A DNA stretch of 62,973 nt, the filler included, from Lenisia limosa (lineage: Eukaryota; Protista; Breviatea): NCBI GenBank assembly GCA_001655205.1. It is 12 parts of 12 records of this genome, joined end to end, with 100 filler letters (N's around TTAATTAATTAA, not from the genome) between each part and the next. Parts side by side here need not be neighbours in the genome. Positions count along the whole stretch, not along the records: positions 17,953 to 28,129 come from LPNZ01006556.1; positions 28,230 to 40,217 come from LPNZ01005997.1; 10 more parts are not named here. One strand, 5' to 3'. The notes beneath the pieces were generated by a model, which searched no databases, had not been told where the DNA came from, and worked only from the letters and a program-made list of their open reading frames with translations. Both the position numbers and the translations under genes were made by a program. Below, in pieces: positions 26,101 through 37,525 of this stretch. The first letter of the stretch is position 1. Every line of letters starts with the position of its first letter.

Positions 26101-27570
26101 GTGTTGTGCATTCAAGACAAAGTAAATATTTCCCATAACTCTTCTCCCTAGCCAGCAAAAGTCTCCCCCCCCCCCCCNNNNNNNNNNNNNNNNNNNNNNN
26201 NNNNNNNNNNNNNNNNNNNNNNNNNNNNNNNNNNNNNNNNNNNNNNTTAATGAATCGAAATGAGAAATAAAAAATAAGGTTGTATCTGGAAGCCGTCCAC
26301 ACCATTACGCTTTACGAGATATTGGATAATAGTAAAGGAATTCACCCAATCATTTGCCTTACAACTCTGTATAAATATACTATCAATCCCCATTAACCTG
26401 TTTTCTGACTCTTTCCTTCAGTTTCTCAATTGTCGTTTCGTAGTTCTGAGCGATAAACGTGGGAATGGGGTTAAAGAAAGGAGAGTGGTGGTGGGGGTAA
26501 ATGAAGCGGAGAGAGACGGGGTTTTTCGAGGTGACGCGTGGAGAAGTGAGAAGGAAGCAGAGAAAGCTAGTTGATAGTGATGATGAGTGGTGAAGAAAGA
26601 GGGGGATGGGGGTGGTGAGCGGAGAGGTGCATGTTATCGTTGGGTAAAACGAAGGGGTAATAGAGGGGCAGGATAAAGAACGGAGAGTGTGTTTTTTTTT
26701 TGAAGAAATCAACTGACAAAATTAGAAATGTCGAAAAGGGGATTCTGGTTCCCACTTCACATTTTTCACATTTATTTTGCAATTATTGTTTCAATTAATT
26801 GCACGAAGCCCTGATAAAAACCCTGAAAGTTGGACATGGGGGTAGGGTGATGATAAGAGGGATAGGGAGAGCCAACATTCGCTGCAGAAAGTAAGTAGGG
26901 AGTGAGGTAAGTGCGTGAGACAGGGCTTCATCTGTTCGAAAAACCCATGAAAATATCGATAGTTTTCGAGGATTTATTGAGATTTTCAGTCTTTTTTCGA
27001 AACGAAGTGACGCCCTGAAAGGGAAAAAAGGGGGGAGGGATATATATACCTGGATCAAGGAAAAACAAAGCGCCTGCATACGTTACAAATAGTGATGAGT
27101 TTGGTGATGCGTTTGTCGAGTTCGTCTCGCATTCGAACAGCCAAGTGAAGCTCTGACTCCAGGGTTGCGTACTGGGGGGGGGGGGGGNNNNNNNNNNNNN
27201 NNNNNNNNNNNNNNNNNNNNNNNNNNNNNNNNNNNNNNNNNNNNNNNNNNNNNNNNNNNNNNNNNNNNNNNNNNNNNNNNNNNNNNNNNNNNGCATTTGG
27301 AATCACACCCAAAGGGACAAAAACAACGATACATCCCATCACTCGTAAAAAAACAAAACAAAAAGCCTCTCCAAAATCAATGTGCACTTGTGGGAGAGGG
27401 GAAAATGAAACATTTACTACCAATCAAAAACAATCAACTTATGAACCAGCAAAAACTGTCAATTTCCCCCTTCTTCCAACATCATTCTTGGCTTCCTGGG
27501 CCTCAAGAGTGAGATCAGAGATCATTTTGGAGGCGGCAAGTTCCGCGGCCTGGGACCCTGCCAAGGCAAC
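23106..27570 (-). CDS. Coiled-coil hypothetical protein (multi-exon)
   Basis: Minus-strand exons VALAGSQAAELAASKMISDLTLEAQEAKND, YATLESELHLAVRMRDELDKRITKLITICN, MEHLRAKAAAEAM and EDWEEVVGELKSQITRLYNERNVLK show heptad-like charged/hydrophobic pattern and canonical splice sites. Confidence 0.55.
25451..25690. repeat. 22-bp tandem repeat (CCCATAACTTAAGAGCATTACG), running into an N gap
   Basis: About 2.7 units before the gap; ATTACGCC resumes after it. Confidence 0.85.
25907..25984. mobile_element. Tc1/mariner-type mini-MITE, family D (TA|CAGTGACC...GGTCACTG|TA)
   Basis: CAGTG/CACTG termini with TA on both sides. Related copies at 13062-13139, 21076-21157, 46107-46169, 46566-46617 and 58082-58148; solo ends at 719 and 11951. 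Confidence 0.85.
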
Positions 27571-28229
27571 CTATTTGGTGACGTCACATGAGCGGAGAGA
27601 GAGAGAGACGGGGATAGCAATGGAAACAATAAGAACCCAGAATCAACTCTATCTGGAGAAGAGATTTTTGATGATAATTTGAGATTGGGGGGGGGGGGCN
27701 NNNNNNNNNNNNNNNNNNNNNNNNNNNNNNNNNNNNNNNNNNNNNNNNNNNNNNNNNNNNNNNNNNNNNNNNNNNNNNNNNNNNNNNNNNNNNNNNNNNN
27801 NNNNNNNNNNNNNNNNNNNNNNNNNNNNNNNNNNNNNNNNNNNNNNNNNNNNNNNNNNNCACCTTAATAGGTCACACCAAAAATATCGATATTTATTGAG
27901 GATTTATTGAGCATTTATAGATATTTATCTAGGATTATTGAGGATTTATCGAGGATTCATTGAGGATTCATTGAGATTTATTGAGGATTTATCGAGGATT
28001 TATTGGGTCAGTCTTTTTTGGAACCAAGCACCTCTTCACTGTTGGCGAAGCCAAAATATCTCCATTATCCATGGAAAATCAACACCTTCACTCCATGCAT
28101 TTTGACTAGGGATTTTTATTAACACCTATNNNNNNNNNNNNNNNNNNNNNNNNNNNNNNNNNNNNNNNNNNNNTTAATTAATTAANNNNNNNNNNNNNNN
28201 NNNNNNNNNNNNNNNNNNNNNNNNNNNNN

Positions 28230-31200
28230 ACATCAGCATGACTGAGGGACACTCTGAGGGCAATGGCTTCGGTGGTGTTGATATGCAGTACAACATCCAT
28301 CTTGTTGTTGTCGAGCCTGTTGGTCATGAATACAGGGTATCTGGTGCATAGTCGTCGAATAAAAAAATTCACAATGGTTGATTGAATCACAGTAGGTATT
28401 CTATCATCATTAATGACGATGAAAAGTACCTTCATTTTTGATTTTCATTGCAATGAATTCTATGGCAAATGATAGTTGAATTAATGCTTATTATTAGGGC
28501 TTCCCTACGGCCCAAAAAAGACCGTTAAATACGTTCTTTATCTTGGATTTTTTGAGAAATTCAGTCTACTTTGGGACCGTAGGGGAGCCCTACTTAAAAT
28601 GCAACATCTATAAACAAGGTGGTTAGTTATGACGTTGACAAGAATCACCTCTATCATTTCTCATAGCACATTCCCACTGTTTGAACTGGGAAATGGAGTG
28701 GGTCGGCGCCGCGACTGTAGGCAAAGATCCAATCCTAGCCTCATATTGTCCATCCTGGTAGGGGGGAGAGGGGTAAAGGTCGAAGATTTGTGAAAAAAAA
28801 AAAGAGCCCAAAATCAACTCTGGTCAACCGAGTGAGTATGACAAACACAAAGAAGAAGAATAATCTGTTGTATTTAGGGCTTCACTTCGGTTCAAAAAAA
28901 GACTGAATCTCTCGATAAATCTTCGAAAACTATCGATACCCGGGTTTTTTGGAACCGAAGTGAAGCCTTAGTTGTATTACTCTTAAGATACCACCCCCCT
29001 CACTTCACAGGTCTTACAATCGGATGAAAAGTCGGAGAGAACCATTTCCTCCAAATATGACAGGACTGAAGTTTCTGAGGGTTCTGGGGGGGGGGGAATT
29101 TGTCAGTGGCAGTTTCATCAGCACAGCATTTATGGAAATTAAATATTTCAATATTGTACCGCTACAGACAATCCTAACCATAACCTTAACATTATTTTTC
29201 ATCCGATTACAAGATCTGCGTGCCTTTATACCCCAGGAATGGTACTAAATATATTGCCTTATCCTAGATTTCTAATGTATATTATTTCTCTTGTTCAAAA
29301 AAAAAAAAAAAACTTGCTCAAAACACCTACGTGCAAGGAATCCGACGCGCAGAGCCGCGGTTCCTTCATTGACGGTGTGGATCATTTCGAGACGCAGGGG
29401 TGCCACGGTGGTGTAGGGCGAGGAACCGACGAGGGTCTGGAAGATGAAGTAGGCTGCAGAGAGTTGCCTCCTTTTTTGAAGTAAGCCCATACAAATACCC
29501 CTCCCCTACAATCCAGAAAACGGCTGAAACAGCGATAAGAGTGAAAATGAAAGAAAGGCGCGGTCGAATAGCCGAGAGGGTCGGCATAATTATCGGCATA
29601 ATCAGGCCGACGGCAAGAATAGGTCCCAGCGCCGCCGGAACATCGGCTCCTGTTCCAATGAAAAAAAGAGAGGAAAAAGTGAACTGAACTGAAAGTTCTC
29701 ATCAAAAACAAGGCATGAATTGGTTTCCCCATGAGCATACCGGACACGGATCTTCCAGAATTGGCCACGAGGGCATGATGGAGCTCTCCTGCGGAGTCAG
29801 GTCATGAGCTTATCCAATACAAGTAAGGCAACTACCCCAAAAATACTACCAGCCAGATACAACCTTGTTTTGATTTTTCATCTCTACATAGTTGGTGACT
29901 TAGGAAGGTTTTAATATTTTTTGGTAGCTCATTTCAAAGATGCATAGTAAGGTATCTGAGAGTAGTACACAACCCCCACCCCACCGCCAGTTTCAAAGTG
30001 CAGGGCAGCGCAAATGAAGGCGGAAATGATGCGGAAGATGATGGAAGACTCTACGCCACTCGCATACTGAACGGTTACCGTTGATGATGGTGGTTAAGAG
30101 GATCACATGCAATACATTATAGAATAGCAATGGTAAATAGAAAACAAGGTTGTATCTGGCCGAAACCGTCCACACCATCACGCTTAAGAGACATTGGATT
30201 ATAGTATAATTTTAGTTCACCTAATCATATGCCTTGCAACTTTGTACATACAGTTTTCTGCGTGCCTCCTCTATAACACCAGTAACATTATCAAGAATAA
30301 TACAAACCCACCAACAGCATCCTATAGTATAAAACCACCAACAGCATCCAATAATACAAACCCACCAGTAGCACCGGGTGCGAATCGGCCGATGTCGGGC
30401 TTCTTGACAGGATGCTGTTGGCGATTTTGGAAATGATGCGCGGTGACGCAATATCGAAGGCGTACGCGCCAATGCCGAGCAGGAGTGGCACAAAGAAGAG
30501 GTATGACGACCTGGGGAAAAGGATGGAAAATTACGTAAGTTAAAAACAAAAAAAAAAAAATATACTTGCCAAACACTGAATATTTTGGGGGGTTTAAAAT
30601 ATTAAAAAAACAGAGAACAAGATAGCCGATTCTGGTAGATGGGCATATGATGAGAGTGAGGGCAAGAAAGATGCATTCATGATAAATATGCCTTTCCATG
30701 GTAAGAACCATGAAACTACACTCTAAAGACCACATATTTGGATATAAACTAGTCAGTCCCTCCAGCCCCAAATACCCAATTGAATAAACAGTCATGCTCA
30801 GAAGAATAACGGAGTAGAGCACCAGTCCGGAGGCCCATTGACCATCAAATGAGTCAAGAACTTGCCTAATATGGTAAGTAGATAGTCAAATGAGTTAAGA
30901 ACTTGCCTAATATAGCAAGTAGATAGTCAAAAATAAAGTTGATTTATTTTTGGTATTTAGTCAAGACTCATTAATCTTGCAGATTAACCAGAACTCTGAA
31001 CTTTGCCCATCAAGATGCCAATCCAAGACCCACGTAATTGAAATGGAAAGCGGCAAAATGCTGGTCATTGGAGCGTACCGTGAGTCCCGAGGGGCTGTGG
31101 CGGAGTAAAATCGGAAAAAATAAGGAACAAAAAAGCCCGAAATCAACTCTGTTGGCTAAACCTAGCGAAACACACAAGGGTTGAAAACAACAAACAAAGC

Positions 31201-34200
31201 CCAGGCAAAGCCCAGGTCTATGGGGTATAGTAAATGGTAAACGCGGAATTGGGGGATCAAAAGAGCAAAAAAAGGGTTTTTTTTCACAGCATATTCGGCT
31301 TCACTTCGGTTCAAAAAAAAAAAGACAAATCCTTGAAAACTCTCGATATTGTACTGGGCTTTTTGAACCGAAGTGAAGCTCACCACATTACCCCTCCCAC
31401 CTCCCCAGTATTTGTTAATGGCGATGAGAATGGCGTGGAAGGTAGAGAGGTACACCGCAGCAAAAGCCGGGACGTAGGCACAGAGGGCAAGGTTGGCTGA
31501 CGAATACGATGACTGGGGGAGAAATAAATAAAATAATCCACAAAAAAAAAAGCGCAAAAAAATAGATTCAACAAATGTATCATAAATATGCTATTTTCTT
31601 GCTCATAGAAACCCAGCGGTTGACTGCACAAAAGAAACATCCTGAAGCTCCTAACCCACCTGGGGGCTTAACAAGGCGACCAGCAGGCCCAGGAACACCA
31701 CGACCAGCGCCGCCGCAACGAAAGACGCCATATGCAGAAGGGCACCGATGGCCTTGCAGATAATCACATTTCGGGTCTGGAGAGGAGTGAAATGGGAACA
31801 TTTATGAAACAAAAAAGGCCCAAATCAACTCTGTTGGCAGACAACACACGAGGGTTGATAACAACAAAACAAACAAACCCCAGGCCAGTATCTTCTGCAG
31901 CACCGCATCCCATCACTCTCCAGCGCACGGGGGAGGGGGAGAGATTTGAAAATTTATTGTGAACGATGAAAATATCGATGAAGAATAAGAATAATCTGAC
32001 AAAAAAAGCACATGTGAAAAAAAAAATTAGGAGTGGTAAGATAGATATATATATCTAGACATGATAGCAATGAGAAATATAAAACAAGATTGTATCTGGC
32101 AGAAGCCGTCCACCCATCATAAGAGAGATGTGTGGTAATAGGAATATGTGTGTATGCACGCGGGGGTGAGGGGACTGTGTATTAACACCAACAATGAGAC
32201 CTTTCCTCCTACACTTATAGGCGAGTCATCTCTCAGGAAGACGCGGAGTAAGGAGACAGTTAAAGCCACGATAAGGGTCACTGCATGTAGCCAGTACATT
32301 GTGCTGACCTTGTAGCGGACCATCTGCCCCGTCAGTCATCGGGATATTTCAACAGCGTATCATAATATTATAGTACATGTTATTTGAATTATGTAGTAGC
32401 GTATTATATGCGGTTGAAAACAACAATATGTTCACAAAAAGTCCTATAATTATATAATATGTATAGTATATTATATCATATGATATACTACTCATCCAAA
32501 AGGGTTCTCAGACTAATTCAAACAATATTAAAAAACAAAACAATGTTAAAGTATTTAACTACAACTAAAAACTCCGAACCAGGGATCCACTAAGTATACC
32601 CAAAAATACACACTACAGTCAGCCCCCCCCCCCCCCNNNNNNNNNNNNNNNNNNNNNNNNNNNNNNNNNNNNNNNNNNNNNNNNNNNNNNNNNNNNNNNN
32701 NNNNNNNNNNNNNNCGCTATTCGGAACCATGTCACGTGCACCTGTTGGTGACACGTCATAGGCGTCCGGGTGGTCGGGGTAGATCTGGGGTGCGGGTGAG
32801 AACATCGTATCACAATTAGGACTTGACTTCGGTTCGAAAAAGTCCGGTAAAATATCGGTATTTATCGAGGATTTATCGAGAATTTCAGTCTTTTTTCAAA
32901 CGGAAGTGAAGCCCTAATCACAATGAGGCAAATATGGAACATAGAGTTAATAAGTGGAGATGTTAATTGTAACATGATGCTGAATAATAATACATGAGCA
33001 GCTGGGATACATTGCGGTCATTTTGACCAAAGTGTTCTCGCTAAATCCTCGATAATTGGACAATCCTTGATACCCACATTGACATGTTTCTTGGGTGTCA
33101 TTTTGGTGACATGACCGTCCTTGCCGCAAACGTCCCTTGTGAGCAGCAACAGACTCTGTCCCAGTGACTCCAATGCGCCTGGGAAAATAACAGGGATTCA
33201 TAAGTACGCTACGCTCATCACTCATTACATTTGAATTGTGAACAAAGAAAACCAATTCAACACAATTGCTCAAGGACTCATTTTTAGTGAGAACTATCAT
33301 TTGATACCCAAACGTCCTCCGTTTTTCGAGTGAATATGTCCCCCAAAAAACCTCGCAAACCGAGGGTGACTCTTCGTGGGTCGTCTTGAGGAGTGTGATA
33401 GACGTAGCCGTTCTGAGGAATCACGTGGCAATTAACAGTGAATGTGATACTCTTGTTTTGATAACATAATTAGCAGTGATACTCTTGTCTTGATGTCATT
33501 ATCCATTTATGGGAGATGATATTGATAATAGAACAGAATTTTACCCAACCCCATGCTTGCATCCCCTCCCCCCCCCCTCACTTTGACAAAGGCGAAATCC
33601 AGGCCGGGTACATGGCCGAAGTCTCGGTACACTCTAAATCTGTAAATTTTGCGAGATGCGAAGAGTTCAGAAAGATCAAAAAATTATGCTGCCCTCAAAA
33701 CAAAACAGATCACCCAAAGCTCAATGCGACAACACAATGCGACAATAATGCGACAATACAATGCGACAACAAAATGCAACAATCGATTATTTGACAAAAC
33801 GAGACGAAAAGTCAAATCATCGATTGTCTCACTGTTACCCCCCCCCCCCTACCTGAAGTCAGTATCNNNNNNNNNNNNNNNNNNNNNNNNNNNNNNNNNN
33901 NNNNNNNNNNNNNNNNNNNNNNNNNNNNNNNNNNNNNNNNNNNNNNNNNNNNNNNNNNNNNNNNNNNNNNNNNNNNNNNNNNNNNNNNNNNNNNNNNNNN
34001 NNNNNNNNNNNNNNNNNNNNNNNNNNNNNNNNNNNNNNNNNNNNNNNNNNNNNNNNNNNNNNNNGGAAAGGGATGTGATTAAGGCTTCCCAACGGTCCGA
34101 AAAAGACCGTCAAAATATCGATATTTATCGAGTATTTATCGATAAATTCACCGTAGGGAAGCCCTTTATGGGATATTATAGTATATAATATTCTATGATA

Positions 34201-36829
34201 TGTAGAGTATTATATTATATCATATAGCTACATACACTGTCGTTTTATCACCTATAACACAACCCCAACCTCAGAAAGCCAACTATTGCCCGGGCCAGTT
34301 TGGAACATCATGATTCGCCCTCCACCTCCTGCACCCTCCATGTTTACAAATGCTGCGGGGGGGGGGGGGNNNNNNNNNNNNNNNNNNNNNNNNNNNNNNN
34401 NNNNNNNNNNNNNNNNNNNNNNNNNNNNNNNNNNNNNNNNNNNNNNNNNNNNNNNNNNNNNNNNNNNNNNNNNNNNNNNNNNNNNNNNNNNNNNNNNNNN
34501 NNNNNNNNNNNNNNNNNNNNNNNNNNNNNNNNNNNNNNNNNNNNNNNNNNNNNNNNNNNNNNNNNNNNNNNNNNNNNNNNNNNNNNNNNNNNNNNNNNNN
34601 TCTAAACTGTTAGTCGTTTTTTGTGGGTGTTTTTCTTTGTGTACAGTCAACCGCCGGATCTCTATGATTCTAGTTAGAGACCTTTGCAAAAGAATTCGAA
34701 AAGACCTTGATTGATTGAAGCAAAAGTGGTAGTATTCAGTATTCTCATCTGTTTCAAATCGGAAACACATGAACGTGGACCCCCCTCCCCCGCACACTCT
34801 GTAGAAATAGACCCATCATATCCCCCGCACACTTCTTCCCCATCATTGAAGTTGAAGATGACGTCAGCAGCCAGGGCCGGGGCGTCTTTGCTGCACAACG
34901 CCCGGACCATTTCCAGCATCACGGCCTGGGAGAACTGCAAAAATAAGGGGGGGATGGGTGATTTGGTGAGGGGGGGGGGGNNNNNNNNNNNNNNNNNNNN
35001 NNNNNNNNNNNNNNNNNNNNNNNNNNNNNNNNNNNNNNNNNNNNNNNNNNNNNNNNNNCGAGCAACCAACTCTTCAACTCGACAAAAACCAGATGACAAA
35101 AACACAAAAAGGGAGAACATTGGAAAATCTATGAAAACAAAAAAAAAAACAAAAAAAAAACAACTCTGTATTAAGCAAAGTTGAACGTTGGTCAAATGTC
35201 AAAAATGGTTGCGTAGATTTGTAAGGAAACATAAATGGTGCGGCTGCCTACGCCGTCATCGGATGCGCCTGGGGAGTGGTTGGCTGAGTCATGGTGCCCG
35301 GAGAATAGCAGGGCGTTCTCGTGTTCTGATATCGTAAAACTAAGTACTATTGTATCTGTAGAAATGAGAAAATTAAAGGGTAAAGTACATGATATATATA
35401 CAAACATAAATTTATGCAATCGTTTCTATACACATAGCTATTTGCGTTCTAACGTATTGTATAGAGAAAGAACCCTTCCTCAATATAACGCAACATAAAG
35501 AAGACCCCATTCCCTCTTCCAGCATACTAGAATCCTGGGGAGACACGCGGGCCAATACGTTGATCATTTTGCTGTAAGAAATGTGCGTATTGTGCCGCAC
35601 ATAGAACCAGCCGCCTGTGGGGGGGAGTGGTCAGTGAGGATTTTAAACAATAACACCACCCTTCTCCCCATAAAAAGACGTGGAAATAACAAATAAGCTC
35701 TACAGTACGCTAATTTATCCCCCCTCCCCCGGACTTGGATCGCTGTTTTGTATCTCAATTTCGAGGGTGGCGGAGGGACACTGTATGGCCTTGAGTTCGG
35801 CTTCAAGGTAGTTCACCGTGTCCACGTCATTGGCTTTGGTTCTGGGGGAGGGGGAGTAAAATTGGAAAAGAAAAATGGGAATATATGAAACAAAAAAACC
35901 AAAAATCAACTCTGTTGACCTGGGTGTGTGTGTGTGTGTGAATAGTCATGGTTATGCTTGGCTCTGGCCCCTTCTACCTCAGGCTTCACTTTGGTTCGGG
36001 AAAATATCGATAGTTTTCGAGGATTTATCGAGAAATTCAGTAAGTGAAGTCCCTACTCCTACCCCTTTATTGACACCCCTCCCACCCCTTGACACGTTCG
36101 CCGATTATGTCGGATAACTGGACAAGGTGCGGCCAAGCGCGTTTCTCCGAGAACCTGCTGCGTCAACCCCATTAGCTACACAAGATGTATCAAAACCAAG
36201 CCAAGAGTTTTAAACGAAATGATGTTGCGTTTATGTTCCTTGACTATTTATTTGAGTAAATAAAATAAAGAAAGAACAACTTCGTTGACATCCGAGATGG
36301 GATCAGTGCTACAGGTTCCACACTTGTATAAACACACATGTGAAAATCGCAACGTGTCATGGGGAGAGATAGCCAAAGGTAAATACATCAGGATCCAAAT
36401 CCACTTCTGCTAATATGTACATTTTATCATTATAGTTTGGTTTTCATAAAGGAAATAATTCGTGGGGTTTGTAGAAGCTGAATGATGTCATGAGGAATTA
36501 GTTGTGTGGGGTTGTGACAGAAATGTGATATGCTCCGGTTGACCAAAAGATGCAAATATTTAATCTCGTCCAACTTATTCGAAAGTTGTGACGCAATAAA
36601 ACAAACAATAAAGCCAATAAATATGTAAATTGGGTCCATAAGAAGCCCAAATGTCCGAGCCGAGAGTGTTGTGAGAGAGGAGGAACAGACCCCAACAAGA
36701 CGGACCAAACCACAACAAGGGCAACAACAGCCATCGCCTACTCATGGTCAACAGTGTTGTGACAGGGTGCAGCCAGATTCCACCCGGCGGAGTTCCAAAC
36801 AAAGACGAAAAGGAGAAAGGTGCCGACAA
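28230..36829 (-). CDS. ERMP1: Peptidase M28 family, ER metallopeptidase 1 (ERMP1/Fxna)-like, multi-pass; 3' truncated
   Basis: Ordered motifs [74 protein letters not shown] and [11 protein letters not shown], then TM exons with SSYLF, GRS and [14 protein letters not shown] (family P..PKRl..H). The exact start codon is uncertain. Confidence 0.92.
28495..28592. mobile_element. hAT-type MITE, family A2 (GGGCTTCCCTACGG TIR)
   Basis: TIRs TAGGGCTTCCCTACGGCCC / GGGACCGTAGGGGAGCCCTA with the same internal core as A1; flanks cttattat / cttaaaat (6/8). Other A2 copies at about 24173, 34080-34166, 57324-57423, 58343-58434 and 60228-60323. Confidence 0.85.
28875..28970. mobile_element. hAT-type MITE, family A1, perfect 8-bp TSD
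   Basis: gttgtatt[TAGGGCTTCACTTCGGTTC...GAACCGAAGTGAAGCCTTA]gttgtatt. Confidence 0.93.
30138..30271 (-). repeat. Family C interspersed repeat (about 170 bp, no TIR, GGC-TTCG-GCC hairpin in intact copies)
   Basis: Shared consensus with copies at about 981-1003, 4356-4430, 13141-13163, 16990-17108, 26268-26370, 32074-32128, 40111-40217, 44690-44735, 53718-53792 and 60893-60945. Confidence 0.85.
31779..31925 (-). repeat. Family B interspersed repeat (about 150 bp, core TCAACCCTCGTGTGTTGTCAGCCAACAGAGTTGA); most complete copy
   Basis: About 18 full or partial copies, e.g. 3300-3360, 4850-4939, 12737-12840, 13264-13350, 23440-23605, 28760-28850, 31100-31215, 35845-35920, 39570-39606, 42563-42625 and 62452-62515. 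Confidence 0.88.
32817..32916. mobile_element. hAT-type MITE, family A1, perfect 8-bp TSD
   Basis: atcacaat[TAGGACTTGACTTCGGTTCG...GGAAGTGAAGCCCTA]atcacaat. Confidence 0.92.
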
Positions 36830-37525
36830 TTAGCAGGAAGGTCTGGAACACGCAGGTCCGACTTGAATTCCTACGGGGGTGAGCCATTTTTCAAATGGAT
36901 TAAATTTGGATTCCTGTTATGTAATTCAAACAATATGCCTGCGAGACTACTTCCACTCCACCAGTGTGGCCTCAGCTAACGACATCAAACAACACGCGCG
37001 TATTATCATTCCCATAGATGATCCGAGTCGCTTACGTTCGTTTCAGCTGGCCGTTGGGATACTGCGCTCCGTAACTGAACACGTCTCCAGGCATTCTGCT
37101 CTGAATTGAAAGGGCAGAAGAGCCTATATTGAGTTGATGAACCCAGAAAACGCTCTAAATCAAAGGGAAACTCCCAATCTACAAATAAAGTACTAATATA
37201 TGCTGAATGACAGAGGAGCCTTAAAAGAGGGGTGAATTTTTGAAAATTGAATTTTTGAATGCCGACTTACAGTGTAAGTAATGTAAGTGGCAATATTTTT
37301 TGGCGCGTTTCTTAAAATTCATCAACTGCCAGCTAATTGAGACGTGTGTGGGGAGTGTAATAATGGAATAAAGGATATTCGAGTTGAAAACCCCCAAGTT
37401 TAGTTGACTGAGATAGAGAGTTTGAAGAATGAATATTGCCATCCATGACCGGCTACAGAATATTTAGAGCAGTTTAACATGTAAATCGTCGGTAAATTGC
37501 AGTTTAGCCCTTTAGTTTTGCAGTA

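Noticed and set aside
28875-28970. Family A as a TA-TSD Stowaway-type or TTA/TAA Tourist-type MITE
   Set aside because: The TA belongs to the TIR: perfect 8-bp direct repeats lie outside it at 28867/28971 and 32809/32917, indicating hAT.
31095-31398. Family B as a simple whole-intron introner
   Set aside because: In mapped introns B occupies only the 3' portion and its 5' end does not coincide with the donor. Only a modified version of the idea is retained.
33649-34797. Long ORFs in the track (179 and 181 aa and similar)
   Set aside because: Inflated by N runs translated as X; not real reading frames.
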